Shown: in pieces, positions 53,901-64,000 of the stretch
Numbering within the stretch: position 1 is the stretch's first letter
How the letters are laid out: the number at the start of each line of letters is the position of its first letter
Assembly: GCA_040954595.2 (NCBI GenBank)
Contig: CM082578.2
Coordinates: 11,291,166 to 11,355,165 of the forward strand
From: Balanoglossus misakiensis
Lineage: Eukaryota > Animalia > Hemichordata
DNA length: 64,000 nt
Direction of reading: 5' to 3'
Program-made: the position numbers and the translations under genes
Notes under the pieces: model-generated
Told to the model about the DNA's origin: nothing
Seen by the model: the letters and a program-made list of their open reading frames with translations, nothing else
Databases searched by the model: none

Positions 53901-55708
53901 TTGGCGCTCACCTGTGACACCTGCATATCTCATTAATTATGTGCATACCTAATTCCAGTCTAACCAATAGAGCTATAGGTTTGGTTTTTGTTGAACATGG
54001 ACCAGTATAGGGTCAAAATTTCTTGCCCAAATTTTGCATGACCTCAGGTGACCTTTGACCTACTATCATATATCTCGGAATCCAGAGCAAGTACAGACTT
54101 GGCGTTTGGAGGGTTGGGACTGAAAGTGAAATGCCAAAATTGGGGGTCACCTGTGGCACCTGCATATCTCATTAATTATGTGCATACCTAATTCCAGGCT
54201 AACCAATAGGGCTATAGGTTTGGTTTAAGTTGAACATGGACCAGTATAGGGTAAACATTTCTTTCCCAAATTTAACATGACCTCAGGTGACCTTTGACCT
54301 ACTTTACCATATCTTGGCATCCAGAGCAGATATGCCTGTTCCTATGTTGCTATGTGCTATGTTGGCTTGTGCCCGCTATTGCTGCTTGGCAGCTATATTT
54401 CATCCTCTTCTTTTTCTTGTGTAGTTTTTTTGCCCAATAGGATCTTGAAAACGGCTGAACCTACAAATCTCAAACTTGGCACAGTGATGCAGGCCTATGA
54501 GAGCTGGTGCAGTACCCTCGTGAATGTTTAATAAGTCATGTGACCTGATGACCATATATGGGCAAAGTTTTCAAATGGGCCTAATTTGCATATGAATGGA
54601 GATATCAAAATTCTTTTAGCAATTTTTGCGGACCATGTGGTCAGTGTCCTACATGCCAAATGTCAAGGCCGTGGGCCAAGTCTATTTTGAGAAGAAGATT
54701 ATTAAATATTATTTGTCATATTTGTGGACCCAGCCATAGGCCTATACTTTCTATAGTTAAGCTATGACGCTATGTCCACGTGACAGTCTAGTGGCCCGTG
54801 AGCTGAATGGGACCAAAATAAAAGACAAAATTTTGGGCTCACCTGTAACACCTGCTTAACTCATTAATTATGTGCATACCTAATTCCGGGCTAACTATTA
54901 GGGCTAGAGGTTTTGTTCTTGTGGGACATGGACCAGTATGGGATCAAAACTTTTTGCCCAAATTTTGGGTGACCTCAGGTGACCTTTGACCTACTTTCCT
55001 ATATCTCGGCATCCACAGCAGGTACAGACTTGGCGTTTGGAGGGTTGTGACTAAAATTGAAAAGACAAAATTGGGGGTCACCTGTGACACCTGCTTATCT
55101 CATTAATTATGTGCATACCTAATTCCAGGCTAACCAATAGGGCTAGAGGTTTGATTTTGTTTGAACATGGACCAGTATGGGGTTAAAATTTCTTGCCCAA
55201 TTTTGGGTGACCTCAGGTGACCTTTGACCTACTTTACCGTATCTCGGCAACCCATGCAGATACAGCCTTGGCATTTGGAGGCATGGAACTCCTAATGGAG
55301 CCTTATACTTTACCTCATTAATTAAGTGCATATCTAATTCTAGGCGAACCAATAGGGCTAGAGGTCTGGTTTTTGTTGGACCTGGACTAGTATGGGGTCA
55401 AAAATTTTTGCCCAAATTTTGGGTGACCACATATGACCTTTGACCTTTGGCTTAAGCTTGTGCCCGTCATCGCTGCTTGCAGCTATATTTTGTCATGTTT
55501 TTGCCATGTACTGCGCGGCGCTCCGGTCCGTCTGGACCCGCGGTTGTGTGTGTGTGTCTGTCTGTGTGCCCGTCTTTAACAGTTTGTTCCACTGAATGAT
55601 AACGTGGTAAATCGATGCTACTTTCTGTTGCAGGGATGCAAACGTCCACTGGAGGCAGGTTCGTTTTACAAGAAGGATGACAAGCCCTACTGCGAGAAAT
55701 GCAAATAA
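50144..55708 (+). CDS. LIM gene 3: three-LIM-only protein, 180 aa
   Basis: join(50144..50178,50577..50760,51038..51158,51362..51489,55634..55708). Sizes 35/184/121/128/75, GT-AG. Starts MATCHKCRDPISGTVITALDNKWHPGCFVC and ends GCKRPLEAGSFYKKDDKPYCEKCK*. Strong Kozak context AAAATGG; AATAAA at 56067. Confidence 0.93.
50299..50369. mobile_element. 71-bp palindromic MITE with a 9-bp target-site duplication (Mutator-like) in intron 1 of LIM gene 3
   Basis: 27-nt imperfect terminal inverted repeats (21/27 match), flanked by the direct repeat AAAATTGTC at 50290-50298 and 50370-50378. Confidence 0.7.
50935..50974. repeat. (TGTC)n microsatellite in intron 2 of LIM gene 3
   Basis: Directly visible. 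Confidence 0.95.
51501..55490 (+). mobile_element. Three nested non-autonomous Helentron/DINE-1-like (HINE) elements in intron 4 of LIM gene 3
   Basis: Three 5' termini with the inverted repeat TAGGGCACAAGCC...GGCTTGTGCCCTA (51501, 51551, 51602). Three 3' termini with subterminal GCTTGTGCCC, stem-loop GCTGCTT(G)GCAGC and TATATT (ending 52763, 54400, 55490). Junctions fall in T-runs with no target duplication. Internal tandem repeats are present and there is no transposase ORF. Confidence 0.8.
53430..54330. repeat. About 239-bp internal tandem repeat of the Helentron-like element (about 4 copies here; 2-3 copies each at 52110-52720 and 54835-55446)
   Basis: The anchor TCACCTGT..CACCTG...CTCATTAATTATG recurs at about 53432, 53669, 53907 and 54146. 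Each unit contains TGACCTCAGGTGACCTTTGACCT. Confidence 0.9.
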
Positions 55709-57127
55709 GCAGCAGAACGTGGCGCCACCAACGGTGAATACTGTCACCAAACGTATTTACCAATGGGCACCCCAGCTATAGAAATCAGTACTGTACTGAC
55801 AGCATACAAACACCTGTATACAGATTCATTAGATCACATTCTTCTTTTGATTTTTGCACTTCAATATCGGTTTTACGCAATCAGAGATATGATATATAAC
55901 GTATATATACGTTCACGTATATCTCATTGGGCCTGACTGCTACTAGCGTCGATCAGTCCTCGTTGGGTTTTAATTCAGTCACTCGATTAGTTCATAGATG
56001 CCAATGAGCTCAATTAATTAGACATTTACGAAACATGTTTAACACTTTTTTTCCCAACTAAACTGAAATAAAGCTATTTAGTGCAATTATGACAAAGTCA
56101 AATCAATTATCTCTTGACGGGAACATTCTAATGGAATTGGACTAGTCACTTTTAATTTTCTTTTCTATACAAGCAAGACAATCACATATCCCAACCAAAG
56201 GTTTGCATTATACACGGGCTTTATACACTCTGATAGGCATTAAACGCTGTCCAATGAATCAAAGCTTTAATGTTTATGAATTAATCGTATTAACGTCTTA
56301 CGACGGTTATTACGGCTCAATGTTACGCTATGAAAAGTATGTAAATTTAAGTTTGAAGTATAAATAACTTGTATTTAGAAGATATCGATATGTTTCTGAC
56401 GTAGAAACAAATAAATAAATGTAATTTTCCCGGCATCGCGTATTTTAAGTTGTCTATATTTCATGAAGCTGTGTTCTCCGTTTCCTAACTATCATTTGGC
56501 TACGATGGGTCGAAGGGCAGCGCTGTGTGACGTATCTTTACTGAAACCGTGCCACGACTTACCAACATTCGTGACGTCACAGATCTATGCGTGAGTGCGT
56601 ACTTCGAGAGTTCGTAGACCCCAAAATACACGGTACAATGTCTCAACTTGTCGGGACAGAGCACATATCCTAATATTCCACGCACGGGGGGGGGGGGGGG
56701 CGTGGGGGAGGGTGGGAGGTATTGAAGGAGAGAGAAATAGAGAGATGTCACAACAAAGATTACCGGGAAAATAGTTTTAAAATTTATGTTTCAAATGATC
56801 TGTCTGAACTAGTAAATACATTAAAAGCAACGTTGCAAAATGGTTTCTACATAATAAAAAAAACTCCTTCGAAATATTAAATTTGTTATTCGTCACGGAC
56901 AGACGAGCGAATTGATGATATTCGTCATCACATAGATGAGTCACCCGTACGGCCGGACATATATACATCGTCACTACCACCGCGGAGACTCTTAGACCCT
57001 TCGAACTGGTGATCACCCGACCTTTGCACATGGGTACATCCGTGAAGAGCCCAGGACAGCGACATCCCAGCCACCGCCACTCCCTTTATTTAGTGCGTCA
57101 AATACGTTGCATGACCCCGAGAGTGGT

Positions 57128-57328
57128 GTGGGCGGGGACCGTGGAAACGGTGCCGTATAAATTTACATTCTGTTACTTCCCAATCCAGCCCAGAGGCAAT
57201 TCAGTCTAACTTCCAACGTCGCTGAGGACGACTTATCGGATTTGTAAAAAAAAATCGTCAAACGGAGCAACGAACCAAGTCTCTGAGGCTATTACTATCA
57301 TCATATAGATCATATCCACTTGACACAG
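57128..57328 (+). promoter_or_regulatory. Candidate promoter and non-coding first exon of LIM gene 4
   Basis: GC box GGGCGGGG at 57130, TATAAAT at 57156 and a donor CAG|GTGCGT at 57328/57329. The ATG exon has an acceptor at 58457. Confidence 0.5.
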
Positions 57329-58473
57329 GTGCGTACATTATTCATTATATTCGCAGCTTCCAAGGAGTGACCGAAAAGGATAATTTTCATAATTTTATTC
57401 ACAGAATACAGACAAGAGACAAGCGAGACGTTTACATTTAGTTTAAGCGCAGACAGTCTGTGGTTTAAGAGGTTATGAAAAAAAGGTTGTCTGTAACGAG
57501 TACACAAATAATGCACTGAACAACGATTACTGAAACAGCGTTTGTTTTGGTCTGATAACATTTGTCATGGCCCGCAGTCCCTGTCGATCCAGGGACACTT
57601 TTGGAAAGAGGCATTACATTCAAATTCATTTTCAATTCCAGCCTGTAGAAATGCGACGGCAGCAAAGACAAAACGACCTGGATGTTACTTCATTTAAGGT
57701 TATTATAGGTTATTCCCCGTAGACACGCAATCCTGAACACTAAGTAATTATTGACTATGGCACAATTCCAAAAATGAATCAGCCGGTAACAATGGGATTA
57801 ACTGTACCTAGACAAAAACTACACATTATTGTCAGCTGACAAGAAACGCTTGTACAGGATATGCTAGGAAGATTTTAATGTTTTCCTCATTCAGAGGTAA
57901 AAGCTCCCATGACAGGCAATTTTTCCCTCCTTTGGAAAGATTCAATCAGCCTCGTACAGCTGCTTTAATCCGAATGTCGAGATACATATTTCTTTTGTAT
58001 ACTGTATACACGTTCTGCATACCAATACGGTTACAGCTAACAATCGACCCATCGACAGTCACATCCGTTTCCGTCGGTGCCCATGGTTAGTCTGTCAGAG
58101 TCCCTGGCTTGTTAAATTTGAATGGCATTTTGAAGTCAATCGTTTCAGATTTTTTACAAAAAACAGTGCATAGACAGTAATATTGCAAACAAATTCCCGG
58201 GGCTTCATTTTACATTGATGTAATTTTTACAATACATCGCGCCGACAAAAAAGCAGGTGTTCGCAATCATTTTGTCATTCATTGTGCAGTGACGAGTGAT
58301 GACAAGGATTGCTATGAATATCTGACACAAAGCAGCTGATGATCATGCGCATAACTGTACATGTCTTTGGTCAACCTTGCGTGTCAGGGTCTCTGTCACA
58401 CACCTCTTGCGAAAGCTGGCTGGTTTTATTTCAAAGACTTTTCGTTGCCTTTCGCAGAAACAAGTCACTCACA

Positions 58474-60382
58474 ATGTCTTTGGTGTGTTTCAACTGTAAC
58501 GAAGAAGCCTAGTAAGTATGAACACTTGCATGTTTGTATTTTTGTTCTGTGTAACTCTTCACATTGTCTTCACATTGTCTGGCAGACGACACTGAACACA
58601 CTAAATGTCTCACCTTCCGATCTAGCTGACCCTATTACTGGTGGAGTCTCTCCCCCCCTCTCTCTCCCTCTCTTGCCAGTTTAATATAATAAATATTTGA
58701 ATTTTTAAATGAGACCTAATCAAATGCCGAAATATTGAGTTTGCTGACAGTTGGAATTGTCTTTCCTTTGACTGTGAAACAATAATACCTTCAGGACAAC
58801 AAGTAAATGATAATAACCTTGCCATCAAACCAAAACAAACACAGACAGACAGATACAGATACACACTTCTTATCCCAATTTTTCAAATGTTATTTACTGA
58901 TGTTCGTGTGTTCCTTCTAGTGGCATGGTAATCACAGCGTTGGGTCACAAATGGCACCCGGAGTGTTTCACCTGCAGCCACTGCGGTGATGACGTCACCG
59001 GCAAGGTCTTCCACCGAGGCGTGGACGGCAAACCGGTCTGTGACGCGGACTTCAAGAAAAGAAATGCGCCGCTGTGTGCCGGCTGCAAGAAGCCTATCAC
59101 CGGGGTGAGGAAGGCGGGCCGGCTTTCAGTGCCAACAAAACCAGCGTCGCAATTCGCGACATAGATACTGGAATGCGAAACTCCAGATAAATTTCGGTGC
59201 ATGTATCGCTCATGCTCGTAAACTTTCTCAAGCAGGCCACAGTGCAATCGTATACGTATCCTGTATACATAACACACTCGCCACGACAACAGAATTTTAT
59301 TGTCGAATATTATTGACCAACGTGTTGATTCTCTTACTACAGGATGTGCTCGGGGCATTGAATTCCAAGTGGCACACGGGTTGTTTCGTGTGCACAGAAT
59401 GTCGCAGACCCCTACGGCAGAAGCAAATCTACACGCGCGAGGGCAAACCTTATTGCCAAGAAGGTGAGCGGACTCAAAACGAGTTCTTCAAAATGTTAGT
59501 GTCATGTCGTCTGCATCTTATCTCGCGGGGGTGGAAGGAGAACACATTTGCTCGGTAAATTTATTCTGTGTGTATTCATGCAATGCAGAAGAGGGCAGAA
59601 CAGTCTCTGGTGATTTCCTTTAGAGAATGGAGAATGTGTGACCATGTCGAGATAAGATACAGACCACTTTTGTCACCGACCGCAAAGCTTCTGCATAATA
59701 ACTCTTCCGAATCTGCATTGTGTATGGGATCTTCGCTTCAATGAACTGTACAAAACCATCGCACAGAATATTTTGACCGGTGCAATACGTCATAAACTGT
59801 TTCTCTAATACTTTTGGCAGATTTCGAAAAACAGTTCCTCGGCGGAAAGAAAATCCCTCAACAGTGCTACGGGTGCAAAGGGACAATTAGCGGCCAGTGG
59901 GTTGACGCGATTGGACAGATATGGCACCCACAATGCTTTGTTTGCAAGGTGAGTCTTTGCAAGATACGTCTTTCAAGCCAGAGTCGCCACAAAACAGCCA
60001 TAAAAAATTATTCTTATTTTTTTATAGTATTATATAATTTATTTCATGAAATAGCTCTGCATTGTTATTTATTTGATAATGGAAACAAGCCACCTGCACC
60101 TCTCCGTGGTTGTACGAGTGCATCTATCAATCACCAGTGTCCCCGATGACGATGTCCCATGACATCACTTATATGCAGATTCCCGTGGACACTGAAATGT
60201 TATAATCATGAAACCTTGATACACTCGGTATCTTCTGGTTCATATAGATAACCCTTTTATCGTAATTTCAGGACTGCAACCAAACTCTTCAAGGCGAATC
60301 GTGTTTCAAGGAAGAAGGACATCCGTACTGTGCTAAATGCGCCATGAAAGCTACCAGCGAGGCCTGTGAGGGCGCCGAGTAA
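58474..60382 (+). CDS. LIM gene 4: divergent three-LIM-only protein, 193 aa
   Basis: join(58474..58511,58921..59104,59343..59463,59821..59948,60272..60382). Sizes 38/184/121/128/111, GT-AG. Starts MSLVCFNCNEEAYGMVITALGHKWHPECFTC and ends DCNQTLQGESCFKEEGHPYCAKCAMKATSEACEGAE*. Confidence 0.9.
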
Positions 60383-61239
60383 AAAAGAAGATCCCGAGGC
60401 CAGGGGTATAATCTAATTTATGCCTCACAGCCTCGTGATCGGTAGAGGTTTAATCGCGGTATAAGTTATTTCATAGCTCGTTGAGCTAGTTCGGATTTTA
60501 CAAAGACATTTACAGAATCGCAGTCATGGAAGCGAGACCCAGGAAGCTCCTTGTCGGTGAAGACAGGAGAGTGGGCGTATCGTTTATTCCCCCACTGCAT
60601 TTTTTGCTTCCGCCGAAACACGGAGTTTAAATATTGCTTGTCCCACTCTAGGTTTTGGTTACGCCGAAACATGGGAAAAATGTGTTTTAATACTCATTTT
60701 CACTCCAGATTTCGCTTCGTAAACACCGAAAGATGACATTTTGGGACAAACTCGGACTTTCTTGTGACACGGATTATATATGTATACGGATTACTAGCTC
60801 TGCGTGGCAGGGCTGTGTTGTTGGTGAGTGGAGGTCTCGCCGTAACAACACAGCCCTGCCACGCAGAGCTAACGGATTACCTTTTTAAAGGGAAAATGTA
60901 TGGATGGTGGCAATCAGTTTGTGCGCAGTCACTCCACATATTGTAAACTAAGGTGGGACTCACGCGCAATGCTATAAGGTGGATATATGTTTCGTGACCT
61001 GCACTTTCTGTGCTATTATGGTCATTTACCTATAGGATTTTATATTGCTGTTTCTTTGAATATTTTACTTGAAAACGACGGGAGAACGGACAGAGGACAG
61101 AGTTGCTTTTTATTCTCAACCACAAGCTATTGTACTTTTATTTTCACAGTGTATAGTGGATATAAAGTTAGTTTTAATCCATTAAAAGATGTTGGAAAAT
61201 AGGCAATCGTTTTCCCGTCCTTGTCTTTCCTCCTCGTTG

Positions 61240-61483
61240 CGAGAGGGCGCTGTGGTCCCAAAATTGCGTAAGATGACATCAAATGAACTTTGACCTCAAT
61301 CAGGTCAGCTGAGGACGAAGACTATGAAGTTGTGTCGATAAATGGTGCATACATACATTCCTGCATCATGATCAGTGTGTGGAAAGAAATGCTAAATTCT
61401 AATGTCATCATATAGTCTCTCTGGTACTCTCCACTCACCAAAACGTGACAAAAAATCTCTTTTTGTGATGCATTGAACCAGTG
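61240..61483 (+). promoter_or_regulatory. Candidate promoter and 5'-UTR exon of the SLC26 gene
   Basis: DR1 nuclear-receptor element TGAACT-T-TGACCT at 61284-61296 and a donor GTG|GTAAGT at 61483/61484. The ATG exon has an acceptor at 62041. Confidence 0.4.
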
Positions 61484-61526
61484 GTAAGTCGAGGAAAATT
61501 AGGTAGGTCACGTCTACCCTTACTAG

Positions 61527-61577
61527 TCAACAACTCGAAGCCCTATGTGACTGAAAACTGGGGCTTCGAGTTGTTGA
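61527..61577. other. Perfect 17-bp inverted repeat with a 17-nt loop
   Basis: TCAACAACTCGAAGCCC (61527-61543) and its exact reverse complement GGGCTTCGAGTTGTTGA (61561-61577). Confidence 0.85.
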
Positions 61578-62046
61578 TTTACGAGCTTGTACGAATGGAC
61601 CTCTTCCATGCCATACGGACGAAGCGTTAGTCAGTTTCTAGGGTCGGGATTGGTTGGGATTGTCGAAATAGGGATAGTAATTCCCAGGCTGAGTGTAGTA
61701 GGGTCCTTGAGAGTCAACACAACGATCACTGGGTGACCGTGGGACACTGGGAAGGAAGGGGCTAGGAGATCACATGAAGCAACCACGGGGGGGGGGGGGG
61801 GGGGGGGGGGGTGTCACATCTATAGAACATGTACATGCGTAAGCCCTCTTATAAAACAGCATAATACAAGGTTGCGTGATTGCATCACAGGGCTACCTCA
61901 TGTATCTTGGGATTTGAGCGGCCATGCAGACAACTAATGAAATGTCAATGGGGGTATATATTACCAGACAATCAATCTGTTCATCATGTTCACAGGAACT
62001 ATAGTCTCAATATATTAATCACACTCTATTGCATTCTACAGTCACA

Positions 62047-64000
62047 ATGCCAAGGAAAGATTATGATGATCGGCAGGGGCCGCTCATCTACCATGTATCA
62101 AGACGTGTGTACTCGGAGAGCAAATTTCATGAAGGTTATCAGGCACCGTCCAGGGATCAACCCACCCTGCTTCAGCGCGCCGGCAAATACGTCAAAAAGC
62201 AGTGCATGTGTTCTCCTTCGTGTCTGAAGAACTTCGTTCTGTCCAAAATACCGATTCTCGATTGGTTGCCCAAGTATCAGATCCGAGAGGATTTACTTGG
62301 CGACGTTCTTGCTGGATTTACCGTGGCGGTCATGAACATACCTCAGAGTAAGTCTCCATGATATGTCCCTACCTGTTGATACAGCACAAGTTACCTGTCC
62401 ATCACCATGCATCATCAAAATTGTATCGACAGGTTAATTGTCGATCGTCATTGGCTCATCATATTGCCTAAGATGGCATTTAACATTGGGATAGGTGATT
62501 GTATACACACGTGTGTGTCATTGCACAGTGTGAATTTGCATATTGTTGACTCCTAGCTGCTTCTTTTTCATTACAGGTATGGCGTTTTCCCTGCTGGCTA
62601 ACGTGTCTCCGATCTCAGGTCTCTGTGTGTCCTTTTTCCCGGTCTTGGTCTATGCATTCTTTGGTACGTGCAGACACATGGACTTCGGTGAGCATGACAT
62701 ATAATGTTTGCTGTCTGGCGAGGGATGCTTTTCCCTCTCTTGTATGTTTAGTCACAGTCACACGATCAGTTAAGTTTACAACGATCATGACCAGAGTGAA
62801 ATTGCATGATGCTGCAGAGTTGGATCCATGTGTCTTGATGAAAAGAGGAAGTATGTACAAATGTGGCCGCGCGTATTATCATTTCACTTGAAGTACATTC
62901 TGCTCTTGTAGGTACATTCGGAGTTGCCAGTCTGATGTCAGGGTCGGCCATCGTCAGAGTAGTGGGTCCACCACCTCCGGAGGAGCCAACAATGTCCGTC
63001 AACGTCTCTGCTGTGTTCCACAATATCAGCAATTCAACTGAAGATGGTGGTGGTGGTGGTGGTGGTATGGACAGAGAATTTGATTACGAATATGAGAAGC
63101 TGTTGGCAACAGCGGCATTGACCTTGATGGTTGGATTAATACAGGTCAGCGAACCAGATATATAAATTGGGTAATTTTTGGCTGCCTGACAACAGGACAA
63201 ACCAAGCAAAAATGCAGAGGTTTTACAAAACTGCCAGTATTTTAAACTGTCGTTTTCTGTCACTCAGATTATTTTATATCTGCTGCACATGGGTTTTGTG
63301 ACTGTGTACTTGTCGACTCCATTAGTGAGAGGGTTCACGACGGGTGCAGCCTGTCACATCTTTACAAGTCAAATCAAGTACCTGTTTGGATTGGCACCCT
63401 ACATTCCACTCTACTCGGGACCTTTCGCTTTGGTTTATGTAAGTACAAAAAAACTAACACTGAGTAGAGACAGAGATGTACAGATACGGTATTGGTCATC
63501 TGTTTTGATTGACATCTTGACCATGGTTAATTGGAATGTTCTTGAGGACATTGCAATTATCTCATCACTGTGTGATTACAACACACACCAAGACTAGTGT
63601 CCGTATCAGACACGCAGTCAACTTTGGCTAACATGATGACGTGATTGCAGTCTTCAAAGAAAAGTATGAATTGAGATAGCCTGTGACATCTGCTCTTCCC
63701 CTGCTGTGCTCTCCATGGGAAGAAGGGGGTAGTGGAGTGAAAGCAACTGTGCAATAGTGTTCAGTCTTGTGAGTATACATTGTGCAGTGCTAATTCTGTC
63801 TCAAATCTGTCACATGGCACCTCTTTCAGACGTACATCGCCATCTTCAAGAACATTCCAAACTGCAACTACGTTGAAGTGCTTCTGTCCCTGAGCTGCGT
63901 CGTGGCGCTCGCCTCCTGTAACTACCTCGCCGAGACATACCGGAAAAAGATCCGGTTCACGGTGCCCACAGATTTGTTGGTCGTCATCGTCGCAACGGGG
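62047..64000 (+). CDS. SLC26: SLC26/SulP family anion transporter (prestin/pendrin-like), 5' part, truncated by the window end
   Basis: join(62047..62347,62577..62687,62912..63144,63268..63438,63830..>64000). Motifs: PILDWLPKY, LLGDVLAGFTVAVMNIPQSMAFSLLA, FFPVLVYAFFGTCRH, GTFGVASLM, GFVTVYLSTPLVRGFTTGAACHIFTSQIKYLFG. The 111 nt second coding exon matches the size seen in vertebrate SLC26 genes. The specific paralog cannot be assigned by eye. Confidence 0.95.

Noticed and set aside
52417-55352. Two near-identical 69-aa minus-strand ORFs (MVRLELDMH...)
   Set aside because: They lie inside the duplicated non-autonomous element and show no recognisable domain.
51653-55490. Near-identical 1.1-kb bodies A and C as an assembly artefact
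   Set aside because: They differ by several substitutions and an indel of about 22 bp, and each pairs logically with its own 5' terminus.
29184-60382. One giant multi-LIM gene instead of four genes
   Set aside because: Each unit has its own ATG exon with a UTR acceptor and its own stop-containing terminal exon, and two units have clear AATAAA signals.
60590-60735. Degenerate repeats of about 50 bp (CGCCGAAACA) downstream of LIM gene 4
   Set aside because: Too short and diverged to classify, with no termini or coding signal.

Overview
This is intron-rich animal genomic DNA, probably from a marine invertebrate deuterostome (inferred from gene content and repeat style). Almost all ORFs in the supplied track are noise, and the real genes are spliced. 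From left to right: (1) bases 1-24.1 kb are intronic sequence of a minus-strand VGLL4 gene, whose first coding exon (METPLDVLSHAASLVQTDEAN, 64 nt) and promoter lie at 24.1-24.8 kb; (2) a divergently transcribed tandem array of four paralogous plus-strand genes (29.2-60.4 kb), each encoding a 180-193 aa protein made only of three paxillin-type LIM domains, with an identical five-coding-exon layout; (3) the 5' part of an SLC26 anion transporter (62.0 kb to the window end). Most notable: LIM gene 2 has two intact duplicated alternative terminal exons; LIM gene 4 has lost the strain-sensing Phe in two of three LIM domains; all four have an elongated LIM2-LIM3 linker; LIM gene 1 carries a decayed duplicate half-exon; and intron 4 of LIM gene 3 holds three Helentron/DINE-1-like elements nested inside each other at their own 5' T-tract. 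All gene models were built by eye from GT-AG sites and reading frame. No database searches were run.
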